A DNA stretch of 64,000 nucleotides from an uncultured Gammaproteobacteria bacterium (GTDB taxonomy: Bacteria > Patescibacteriota > Patescibacteriia > Patescibacteriales > UBA12465). Under the pieces are notes generated by a model. The model did no database searches. It was not told where the DNA came from and was given only the letters and a program-made list of their open reading frames with translations. Below, piece by piece: positions 20,315-29,291 of the stretch (its first letter is position 1; each line of letters begins with the position of its first letter). The stretch lies in the NCBI GenBank assembly GCA_964355275.1, contig CAYHCB010000006.1:9745-73744 (forward strand), in the 5' to 3' direction. Made by a program: the position numbers and the translations under genes.

Positions 20315-21736
20315 TTATTCCGCTTGACGATTTTTAAGAACAGCCAAGGGTGTTTTAAGAAGAATAGAAAAATCTAATAACAAAGACCAATTTTCAATAT
20401 AATAAACATCTAATTTAACTTCCTCTTCGAATAATAAATCACTTCGTCCCGATACTTGAGCTAAACCAGTTATTCCAGGTTTAATGGTTAAAGTTTTTTT
20501 ATGATGATGTTCATATTTAGCTACCTCTTCTGGTAAATGAGGGCGAGGACCGACTAAACTCATGCGACCAGCAAATACTAAAAATAATTCCGGTAATTCA
20601 TCAATTGAGAAACGACGAATAAATTTTCCTACCGCTGTAACACGTGGGTCATCTTTTATTTTTACCATTGGACCATCACTACGTAAATTACGATCCGCTA
20701 GTTCATTATAACGCATGTTATCAACTTTATCGATCATGGAGCGAAACTTAAAATAATGAAATAGCTCTCCTTTTTCACCGACTCTGGTAACTGGTGTACC
20801 GTCATCACGATTAGCGAAAAAAATTGGTCCCCGAGAATTAAGTTTAATGGCAATAGCGGTAATTAAAAATACTGGTGATAAAATTATTATAAAGATACCA
20901 GATAATACTAAATCCATAATTCTTTTAGCAACTCGTCCCCAACCTTCTAAAGTAGTTCGTTTTACTTCTACTACGGGAATACCAATTATTTCTGTTACTT
21001 CGTGACGCAAAACTTTTATCTCTAGTAAATCAGCAACGTATTTAAAAGTTAGCTGATTTTCCGCTGCAAAATCATAAAGACGTAAAGTTTCTACCTTACT
21101 TAAATTAGGGTCACTTTGAATAACTTCATCAACTTCCCGGTCTTTTATAAACTCAGCTAGCTCTTGGGCTGTTTCTAAAGAAAAATCGCGAATACGACGC
21201 ACCACTTCAAAGCCAGAATATTTATTAGAAGAAAATTCAGCAATTAAATTATCTGCCGTTTTACTATTTCCCACTAGAACTATCCGACGAACACCAATAC
21301 CGTAAATATATAATTTTCTTTGTAACCAATTTAAAAAAGAATGTATAAAAATTAAATAAACCATTGATAGCAGCCAACCAACTAAAACAATAAACCTGGA
21401 ATCAAATAATTCCCGACGGAAAAAAATCATCACTGCAATAAGAGCTAAGCCCAAAGAACAACCTAAAATTATTCTAACTAGTTCTTTAGCCAGTGGAGTA
21501 TTTTTTTTAGTCCGATAAAGCCCAGAAAAGAAAAAAATAGGCACCATGAGAAGTGATATAAGTGTTAGTGACCAAAGATAATTATTAAAAGGTAAATCAA
21601 AAATTATCGGACGAATACCCCGATAATACTCAGAAAAACGTATGAAGTAAGCGCTTAACCCGGCCAAAAAAATGGTTAAAAAATCAATTGGTACCAAAAT
21701 GGTGGTAAAAAATAATTCAACTTTTTTTAATTTCAT
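20315..21736 (-). CDS. Polyprenyl-phosphate hexose-1-phosphate transferase (WbaP/WcaJ-like large PGT)
   Basis: 4-5 N-terminal TMs. C-terminal sugar-transferase domain with KFRSM, DDPRVT, DELPELFLV, SLVGPRP. Confidence 0.85.
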   Translation of the reverse strand: MKLKKVELFFTTILVPIDFLTIFLAGLSAYFIRFSEYYRGIRPIIFDLPFNNYLWSLTLISLLMVPIFFFSGLYRTKKNTPLAKELVRIILGCSLGLALIAVMIFFRRELFDSRFIVLVGWLLSMVYLIFIHSFLNWLQRKLYIYGIGVRRIVLVGNSKTADNLIAEFSSNKYSGFEVVRRIRDFSLETAQELAEFIKDREVDEVIQSDPNLSKVETLRLYDFAAENQLTFKYVADLLEIKVLRHEVTEIIGIPVVEVKRTTLEGWGRVAKRIMDLVLSGIFIIILSPVFLITAIAIKLNSRGPIFFANRDDGTPVTRVGEKGELFHYFKFRSMIDKVDNMRYNELADRNLRSDGPMVKIKDDPRVTAVGKFIRRFSIDELPELFLVFAGRMSLVGPRPHLPEEVAKYEHHHKKTLTIKPGITGLAQVSGRSDLLFEEEVKLDVYYIENWSLLLDFSILLKTPLAVLKNRQAE

Positions 21737-21790
21737 AGATATAACAAATTATTCAGGTCTAGGCGCTTTTATTGGCGCAAAAAATTGGTG

Positions 21791-22167
21791 TTAGCAGGGC
21801 AAGCTGTAAGCCGGATTCTGTCCATTAGAGTAAACTCTAATAGGATGATCATTTATCTGGTCCTACTGTTACCAATAGGATCTGGCGGACCACTTTTTTT
21901 CTTATTCAATTGAATAAGAATTTGTCCTTGCTCCAGGCAGGGTTTACCGCGAATCTAGCGTCACCGCTAGTCGAAAAAAGTAGCCAAACAAGTTGACACC
22001 CCCTTTCTTTTCACCTTTCGTTTCAGCAAGCTGAAACTAGTATAGTCTCTGTGGCACTTTCCCTAAGGTTACCCTTGGTGGACGTTATCCACTGCCCTTT
22101 TTGATGGAGTCCGGACTTTCCTCTTCATAATTATAAAAATTATAAAGCGATCATCCGCTTACCCTAA
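21791..22167 (-). ncRNA. rnpB: RNase P RNA (bacterial type A-like)
   Basis: Minus strand carries GAGGAAAGUCCGGACUCC, GGUAAACCCUGCCUGGAGCAAGG and ACAGAAUCCGGCUUA. Ends pair as P1 (UUAGGGUAAGC with GCUUGCCC..UAA). Confidence 0.85.
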
Positions 22168-22172
22168 TAACG

Positions 22173-22178
22173 ATTATA
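22173..22178 (-). promoter_or_regulatory. -10 hexamer for rnpB
   Basis: TATAAT on the minus strand 5-6 nt upstream of the proposed P1 5' end. No convincing -35. Confidence 0.35.
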
Positions 22179-22275
22179 TCGTACTGTAAAAAAGCGAAAA
22201 AATCAAGTTTAAGTAGTAAAACAATCTTTTATTTAAAAAATTGACAAAAAACCTTAAAAACTGAGATTAATCTAA

Positions 22276-22300
22276 AAAAGGGCTCTAAAAGAACCCTTTT
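22276..22300 (-). terminator. Intrinsic terminator after the 22358-25711 gene
   Basis: Stem AAAAGGG/CCCTTTT; on the minus strand followed by TTTTTTAG. Confidence 0.5.
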
Positions 22301-22357
22301 CTTCCCTTGCCGTCTCTCGACTAGACTTAGGCAACTATATTTATACAGCCGCTGACA

Positions 22358-25300
22358 TTATTTAAAAGTATTATATTCGGTTAAAACCTGAGCTGGCGTT
22401 AAAGTTCCCGACCACACCTTAAGCTCGTCTAAAGAAGATGGGTAATTTTCCTTAACAATTTCTAAACCTTCTATTTTTTCGCCTGTTCTTAATTTAATTA
22501 ATTGTTTCTCCATTTTTTTAACTCCATCTAAATAAAAACTTAGCAGATAACGATAAGAATCATAAGTTAAAACAACATGGTGCCACTGATTATCTGTCGG
22601 GAAGAGACTGTCGCCATAGTTTGTTAAATAACCACCATCACCATTAAAACCAAAACTAGGATTATAAATAGTTGGTGTTAGCGACATAATATTACCACTG
22701 TCTCCTTTTAACATTACTCTTGCTCTACCTTCGTTAGGACTTTCGGTATTTCGCCACCAATATGACAAAGATAAATCAGAAACCGATAAACTAGCTAAAG
22801 GTAAATTAATACTTTGACCAAGTTTTAAAGCACTACTATTTCTACCTTCCATATCCCAATGTTCAAGCATAAGGGGCATATCATCACTAGCTACTAAATC
22901 TTTAGTTATCAGGCCGGCATTTTCATCAAAACTCCAATAATGCTCTAGCTTAGCAGCCGTTTGCGCCGTCGGCCAATTATATGGATTAAATGGCTGATTT
23001 AATAAATTAATAGTATTAATTTCAGACGCCGGCAGAGATCTATCCCAAATTGATAATTCATCAATAGCGACTGGATCGGAATAATTACCACGAATTTCAA
23101 AGTAATCAAAAGTTGGCATTATTCCATTATAATGATAGGAATAAACTTCTTGGCCATCTAAATAAAGAGCCCAATAACCACCACTACGATTGACGACCAC
23201 AGAAACCTGATGCCAAGCTAAATCATTAGGCCAAACCACATCATTTAAGCGACCTTCGGGGCCCGGAAAACCATAAACGGTAGTAAAATAAGGAGTAAAT
23301 TCAATATAAGCTTGTTGTCCTGAACTAGCGGGATTAAAAAAATTAAGATAAAAAGCAAAGCTACTTTGAGTGTTGCGGTAATATAAATTTAAAGAAAATT
23401 GATTAGGATCGAGTGGACTACTAAAAATTGCTTTGGTACTAGAAGCATCATTATAACTTAAACTAGCGGCACAACCCCATTTTCCAGGTAACCATTTAGC
23501 TGGTCTTTTAAAATCAACGGGCGCGCTATCACTAATTTGTAACTCATTGGCAGCTGTTTCGCCATAACACTCATCAAAATGCCATAATTGAGTTAAGTTT
23601 TCCGAGTTAAGACCAGCCGGGCTTACAAATAAATCATGATTAATTGGATTATCTTCTGTTACTTGATTTTCTGACTCAATTAAAGCTAAATCATAAGGAA
23701 CTAACAAAAAATCATCGCTGTTATCATCGCTGTCAAATAAACGAGGCCAAAATTCATGTAAACCGCCAGAAGATAATAATTCTAAAGTGGAAGTGGCACT
23801 CGCTTTACGCTCTAAAGCATAACCTTTTTTTAAAGCTGGTGCTGGCGCTCCTTCAAAATATTGGGCCGTGCCATAACCAACTTTATCAATAATATCCTCA
23901 TCATCATCAGAAGAAATTGAAGCCGTTCCTAAATATAAAGTATAGGCATCATCTGTCCAAGAAAAAGTTGTTTTAGTAATAATGGCATCAGCTCTAGCTT
24001 TTATCTCAGAAGATGACGAATCTCTGGCTACTAAATAACTACCATAAGCTTTAATAATTGTTCCTCCGGGATAAACACCATCTACTTCATCACCAAAACG
24101 CATAATTAGAGTAGGGTCGCTACCGGTCTTGGCTTTTTCCAACCGATAACCAGCGGCCGCTAAATCAAAATCAATATTAGTCGTATTTACAATTTCCAAC
24201 CAATCATCACTGTCGTTACTATATATTTTAGCTATTAAAACAATAGGAATTTCTGGCTCAGTTACTTCGGTGCTAGTTGTCACTGCCGGTGTTACAAATG
24301 GCGTAGTGCTTGGATAAATTATAACGGGAGTTGAACTAACATGATTTATTGTTGTGTTTGAAATTGGATGATTAGCCACTATAGTGCTAGTTGAACGATT
24401 ACTTGTAACTGTAGTTGTCGTTGATGCAGCCACATTTGGCCTAACAGTAGTTCTGACCACGGAACTTATTTTTGGTACTACCGCAGCAACGGAACTACTA
24501 CTAACCGGCGAAACAGAATTACTTATTTTAGAAACACTAACTACAGGAGTACTAATTTTTGGAGAACTTACCTTAGCAGAAATGTTAGTACTAGTAGCTT
24601 TGACCGCACTTGTTTTAGTCACCGGAGTTTGCGTAGTTGTTACTTTATTACTTGTTGTTTTTGTACTCGTTGCCTTTGTACTACTTGTTTTTGCACTACT
24701 TACTTTAGCGCTTGATGAAGCCGCTGAGTCTAAATTATCAACTGTATAATTATCAGCCAAAACTACACCACTATCAGGAAAAACCTTATCTTTAATCGCC
24801 ACAAAACCAGTGACCACTTTACTGGCTAAATTTTTAACAGTAGATACTGGATTATTAATTAAACTCCATTTTAAAACTAAACCTAAAATTGGCGAATTAC
24901 CTCTAATAACTGGTTCCGAAAATGATGAAGACAAAGTAATATCAACCACCACATCCTTTAAACTACTTTGTAAATATTGCGTATATGGTAAAAAAATATA
25001 ACGATCACCGTCGCGTTCTAAACCAACGTCAAAACCAATTAATTCTGGCGCCGGAACAATCATGTTTTTCTTACGCGTAATTTTAGAATATTCTAAATTA
25101 CTAGCAAAACAATCTCCATGAGAATTATAAACACTTTCCTTATCATAACCATCAGGAGTAATGTCTACGGCATAATAATCAGGATTATATTCTAAAGAAT
25201 TTAAATTTGTGGGATTACTAATATTAGCACTTTCATAAACTTTTTCCGTTAAACCAACACAAGTCCACTGACCATTCTTAAATCCTTTTTGATATTTAAA

Positions 25301-25711
25301 ATCAAAATCATAAGCTAAATTACTACTCGCTAAATTCTTAGCAATAGAAACTGCTTTAGCAATTTGTAATGGTGAAGCATTAATTGGCAAGCGAGCACCG
25401 ACTAATTTTTCGCCCAAAGATTCGTTAATAAAATATTTAGCCGGCACTTTTATCGCTCCCTTAGGTTGCATCTCCACTATATAATCAATGCCATTTTCCT
25501 GACCAACATAAATAGCGCTATGACCGGAATAAATATGAGCCAACTTACCCTTTTCAGACAAAATTAAATCATCAGAATTATATCCATACATTTTTTCTTC
25601 ACCTGAAGTTCGGTAAAGTAAGGTTCCGACTGGCATAGCTAGCGCTTGAGTTAATGGTAAAAATAAAATTGCCATTAATAAAAATAAAAAAGAAATAATC
25701 AACTTTTTCAT
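22358..25711 (-). CDS. Large secreted multidomain protein: N-terminal papain-like (permuted, tentative) domain, S/T-rich linker, lamin-tail domain, two LamG-like lectin domains
   Basis: Signal peptide. HSAIYVG ... QWTCVGLTEKVY. ~150-aa S/T/K/V low-complexity region. LTD-like DDWLEIVNTTNIDFDLAAAGYRL. LamG_3-type endings IDELSIWDRSLPASEI and LDELKVWSGTLTPAQV. Confidence 0.7.
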   Translation of the reverse strand: MKKLIISFLFLLMAILFLPLTQALAMPVGTLLYRTSGEEKMYGYNSDDLILSEKGKLAHIYSGHSAIYVGQENGIDYIVEMQPKGAIKVPAKYFINESLGEKLVGARLPINASPLQIAKAVSIAKNLASSNLAYDFDFKYQKGFKNGQWTCVGLTEKVYESANISNPTNLNSLEYNPDYYAVDITPDGYDKESVYNSHGDCFASNLEYSKITRKKNMIVPAPELIGFDVGLERDGDRYIFLPYTQYLQSSLKDVVVDITLSSSFSEPVIRGNSPILGLVLKWSLINNPVSTVKNLASKVVTGFVAIKDKVFPDSGVVLADNYTVDNLDSAASSSAKVSSAKTSSTKATSTKTTSNKVTTTQTPVTKTSAVKATSTNISAKVSSPKISTPVVSVSKISNSVSPVSSSSVAAVVPKISSVVRTTVRPNVAASTTTTVTSNRSTSTIVANHPISNTTINHVSSTPVIIYPSTTPFVTPAVTTSTEVTEPEIPIVLIAKIYSNDSDDWLEIVNTTNIDFDLAAAGYRLEKAKTGSDPTLIMRFGDEVDGVYPGGTIIKAYGSYLVARDSSSSEIKARADAIITKTTFSWTDDAYTLYLGTASISSDDDEDIIDKVGYGTAQYFEGAPAPALKKGYALERKASATSTLELLSSGGLHEFWPRLFDSDDNSDDFLLVPYDLALIESENQVTEDNPINHDLFVSPAGLNSENLTQLWHFDECYGETAANELQISDSAPVDFKRPAKWLPGKWGCAASLSYNDASSTKAIFSSPLDPNQFSLNLYYRNTQSSFAFYLNFFNPASSGQQAYIEFTPYFTTVYGFPGPEGRLNDVVWPNDLAWHQVSVVVNRSGGYWALYLDGQEVYSYHYNGIMPTFDYFEIRGNYSDPVAIDELSIWDRSLPASEINTINLLNQPFNPYNWPTAQTAAKLEHYWSFDENAGLITKDLVASDDMPLMLEHWDMEGRNSSALKLGQSINLPLASLSVSDLSLSYWWRNTESPNEGRARVMLKGDSGNIMSLTPTIYNPSFGFNGDGGYLTNYGDSLFPTDNQWHHVVLTYDSYRYLLSFYLDGVKKMEKQLIKLRTGEKIEGLEIVKENYPSSLDELKVWSGTLTPAQVLTEYNTFK

Positions 25712-25752
25712 ATTTTTAAGCCAGCTAAGGGGTTGCTTGCTTTTATTTAATT

Positions 25753-26703
25753 TTAATTAGTAAAATAAGCATCCCAATCAGCTTGAGATAATTCCGGACT
25801 AGAAATCTTAAGTGTTCGGTAACGATTAACAATATCAATGGCAAAACTACGTTGAAAATCATCAAAATATTTGGTCCGATTTATTACATCAACTAATAAA
25901 ACCTCACTAGCTTCAGGATAAAAAGAATAATAATCACTTAAAACCAAAATAGCCTGATCTTTTACGCGATGAGGATAATCACCTGATTCAAGTACTGATC
26001 GTAACTTATCTAAGTCACTAGCTTGATAAGATAATTGCTTATTTTCAATATTAGCTAGGAGAAAAAAAGCTTTATTTTTTAAATTCAGAGAATAATCTCC
26101 TAAAATAATATCCCAAATAAACTTAATAACAACTTGTTCATTTTTACCAATCAGCAAATTAAGTAAATTTTCCTTTTCTGAATCAGTAGAAGCAGTTTTA
26201 AAATTACCAATAATTTCACCATAAAATGAAATATCAACTAATTCCGGCCAAGCGCGTGCTAATTCAGCTCGCAAACTAAGAGAATTTTTAGGGTCATTAT
26301 AGAATTCTTTTAATTTAAGAGAGGGTTCCTGTCCGCTTTCTCGCCAAATTTTTACCATTAAAATTCTAATCTCCGGTAAAACTTGAGGACTTATAATCAC
26401 TCTTTCTAAATCTGGTAATAACTTTTCTTTTTCCGTTAATAAAATTTTAGAAATAATATTTTTATATAATAGCCTTTTAGTAGCACAATCATCTCGACAA
26501 TAAAAACTTGTTTCCGAGGTGGCGGCTAATTTTTTAATCGCAATTTTGGCCCGTAATATTTCTGGATAATCGAGCCAGCTAGAACGAAATACTGGTAAAA
26601 ACATCATGAGAAGTAAAACAAAACCAAATGAACCCGCTAAAATTAAATAATGTTTTTTAATAAACATTTTAAGACGTCGCCAAATTTTTTTTAATTTATT
26701 CAT
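25753..26703 (-). CDS. Hypothetical N-terminally anchored protein
   Basis: 316-aa ORF with one N-terminal TM. No motif. Confidence 0.5.
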   Translation of the reverse strand: MNKLKKIWRRLKMFIKKHYLILAGSFGFVLLLMMFLPVFRSSWLDYPEILRAKIAIKKLAATSETSFYCRDDCATKRLLYKNIISKILLTEKEKLLPDLERVIISPQVLPEIRILMVKIWRESGQEPSLKLKEFYNDPKNSLSLRAELARAWPELVDISFYGEIIGNFKTASTDSEKENLLNLLIGKNEQVVIKFIWDIILGDYSLNLKNKAFFLLANIENKQLSYQASDLDKLRSVLESGDYPHRVKDQAILVLSDYYSFYPEASEVLLVDVINRTKYFDDFQRSFAIDIVNRYRTLKISSPELSQADWDAYFTN

Positions 26704-26933
26704 ATTTTTTAGAGCCGTTTAATTTAAATTATAAAAATTAAACTAACTGTTAATGTGAATTTATAGTAGCAAACCACTCATTAAAACAACTTGAATAAAA
26801 TATCAAAAAACTCCTAAAAGAAATATTTAATTTAATCTGGTTTTAAAGTATCTTTTGACAATCTAAAAAAATCTAACTAGAGAGTCAGATTTTAGAAAAA
26901 ATAATAAATTACAAAACTTTTATTATAAAAAAA

Positions 26934-26957
26934 CCGGACCCTTTTTAGAGGATCCGA
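26934..26957 (-). terminator. Intrinsic terminator after the Wzy_C-TPR gene
   Basis: Imperfect stem CCGGACC/GAGGATCCG. Minus strand followed by TTTTTTTATAA. Confidence 0.5.
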
Positions 26958-26978
26958 TTTTAGAAAAGTAATTTAAGT

Positions 26979-29144
26979 TTATTGCGCCATACTACTAGAA
27001 GAAGCGGCTGGTTTTTGAGCGTTAATCATAGAGGCTTGGAATAAAGCCGAATTAGCATTAATTTCGTCGCCCATTTGTTTATAAACTTCCGCTAAAAATA
27101 ACCAAGCTTGCTCGTTACTAGATTGAAAAACAACTAATTGTTTAGCCATAATAAGCGCGTGCGTCCAATCTTTTCCTTTATAATAATAATCTAAAAGAGT
27201 TAAGAAGTCTTTAGACATCCCTAAAGTAACAGCTCCTTTTAAATCAATGCATTTATCGGCATTTAAATAAGCATTTTTAGTATCCTTATTTAAATTATAA
27301 ACTCGATACAACTGACAATAAATATCCGGAAATTCAGGATTAAATTCAATCGTTTGGTTAATTACTGAAATAGCTTCAGGATACTTCTCCTTAGCCACTA
27401 GAAGGTTAGCCTTAAAGAAATAAACTGGAATACGCTCTGGGCTAGCACCAATAGATTTATCCACGGCTACAAGAGCATTATTATAATAAGTATCTAAAAC
27501 ATTCTCATCACTAAGTTTAAGACTAAAAGCAATCGCATTTATTTGGGCTACTTGTAATTGCATTAAACTATCTTGAGGATTATTAGAAACATTATCGTCT
27601 GCCAAAGAAATAACGTAATCAGCTACTTCTTTGCCCTGTTCAACCGGTAAACTTAAAATTATTCTCGGTTCAGAAATAACTGAATTAACTAAAGCATTTT
27701 TGCCATCACGATCAAGTGGGGTGTTATTTTTAAAGGCTTCTTTGTAAAGTGCCATACCCTCCATAATCTGCCCCTCAGATAATCGCGCATAGCTATTTAT
27801 TACCCCCTGGAAGGTCTGCCAAGGCCTGATATTAAAATAGTTGCTTAGTATTAGAACTAAGATAAAACCGACGATAAGAGCGGTAAATTCGGGCATCTTT
27901 TTCTCAGTCTCCTTAAGCTCAATAACAGGGTTTACTAAATAATAAATATAAGCCAAAGAAACCATTAAACCGATATAAGTAACCAGTGAATCAAAAACGG
28001 CTAAATTTTGAATGAAGTAAGCGGTAAACAGACCAATTAAAATTATTGGCTCGAAATTATGACGATCATTTTTAAGTAAACGAAGTAAATAAATAGCCAC
28101 CGCCACAAAAATACTAAGATAAGCCAAGAGCCCCACTAAACCAGTGGTTGAAGCAATGTCAATTAAATTATTATGAGCCCGATCAAAATAAGTATCACCT
28201 AAAGAATAGTTGTAAAACTTGGCATCAAAGTAACGATCAAAAACAATAGCGTAATTTCCAAAACCCACCCCTAGCCAAGGATGATTATGGAAATCTTTAC
28301 CAGCTGCCTGCCAACTAATTAAACGAGTCTGGAAGGTTGATTTTTGAGAGGTTAAATTTCTTAAAAATGAATTTTGAAACCAAGCAGTATTTTGTTGAGA
28401 AAAAATTAAAACTAAAGCGACAATCGCTACCACCAAAGAACCCCAAGCGGCAATTTTTATTTTTTTACTTTGATGCATTACTCCAATCAAGAAAACAATA
28501 AGTAATACACTGATTCCTAAACCAATAATAGCCCCCGAGGTGCGAGTTTTAGCAAACTCAAACAACATGATAATCACTGGAACAAATAAGAGCCAACGCC
28601 AACTCTCTTTTTTAGCTCTAAAAAATAGTAGAGCACAAAAATATAAATTGAAAATAATATAACCACTGACATAGGCAGTATTACCAATTGTGCTATAAGC
28701 AATACCTGCTAAGCCTTTAATACTAACTAAAGTAGCAATGATTACTGAGGTAAGGAGTAAAATTTGCCAATCTTTATAAGACCTAAAAACTGTAATTAAA
28801 ACTAGATATAAAAAGAAAAAGTGAATTATATGAAAAACACCCAACATTCTTTCAGCGTCACCCCAAAAACTGATAACTGGATCGACGCTAACAAAACAAG
28901 ATAAAATAATTGCTCCTAAAAAAGAAATAAGGCCCCAAGTTATTAATGACTTTTTTGGTCTATAGGTCGGAAACTTCCAAATAAAAATTGCCCAAATTAA
29001 AAGCAAAAATTCAGTTAGCACATTAAAGCTAAGTTGCTTAGAGGTGATGTAAGGAAATAATAAATCCGAAAAAACAAAAAAAACAGTCATTAGCGAAGCC
29101 ACAACTCCTAACTGAAGAATTCTAAGATAAAATTTTGAAGTCAT
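26979..29144 (-). CDS. O-antigen ligase/O-oligosaccharyltransferase-like (Wzy_C) polytopic membrane protein with C-terminal TPR domain
   Basis: About 12 TM helices with a large loop region in Wzy_C-like layout. C-terminal ~300 aa has TPR-like repeats (YPEAISVINQTIEFNPEFPDIYCQLYRVY...). Confidence 0.7.
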   Translation of the reverse strand: MTSKFYLRILQLGVVASLMTVFFVFSDLLFPYITSKQLSFNVLTEFLLLIWAIFIWKFPTYRPKKSLITWGLISFLGAIILSCFVSVDPVISFWGDAERMLGVFHIIHFFFLYLVLITVFRSYKDWQILLLTSVIIATLVSIKGLAGIAYSTIGNTAYVSGYIIFNLYFCALLFFRAKKESWRWLLFVPVIIMLFEFAKTRTSGAIIGLGISVLLIVFLIGVMHQSKKIKIAAWGSLVVAIVALVLIFSQQNTAWFQNSFLRNLTSQKSTFQTRLISWQAAGKDFHNHPWLGVGFGNYAIVFDRYFDAKFYNYSLGDTYFDRAHNNLIDIASTTGLVGLLAYLSIFVAVAIYLLRLLKNDRHNFEPIILIGLFTAYFIQNLAVFDSLVTYIGLMVSLAYIYYLVNPVIELKETEKKMPEFTALIVGFILVLILSNYFNIRPWQTFQGVINSYARLSEGQIMEGMALYKEAFKNNTPLDRDGKNALVNSVISEPRIILSLPVEQGKEVADYVISLADDNVSNNPQDSLMQLQVAQINAIAFSLKLSDENVLDTYYNNALVAVDKSIGASPERIPVYFFKANLLVAKEKYPEAISVINQTIEFNPEFPDIYCQLYRVYNLNKDTKNAYLNADKCIDLKGAVTLGMSKDFLTLLDYYYKGKDWTHALIMAKQLVVFQSSNEQAWLFLAEVYKQMGDEINANSALFQASMINAQKPAASSSSMAQ

Positions 29145-29236
29145 AATAGTAAAAGATTATAAAGTGTAGGACTAATTAAATACTGGATATATTTTAGCAT
29201 TAGTTTAGAAAAAAGCAAAAAATAAAGTAAAAACAA

Positions 29237-29260
29237 AAAGAGCCCCCGAAGGGGCTCTTT
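29237..29260 (-). terminator. Strong intrinsic terminator after the S-layer-like gene
   Basis: 10-bp stem AAAGAGCCCC/GGGGCTCTTT. Loop reads UUCG on the minus strand, followed by TTGTTTTTAC. Confidence 0.7.
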
Positions 29261-29291
29261 TGTAAACACTGGATCAATAAACTAAATAATA

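Noticed and set aside
24272-24750. Degenerate short tandem repeats in DNA (and the 121-aa antisense track ORF 24384-24749)
   Set aside because: This is low-complexity coding for the S/T/K/V linker of the 1117-aa protein. It is not a CRISPR or satellite array, and the antisense ORF is a shadow of the biased composition.
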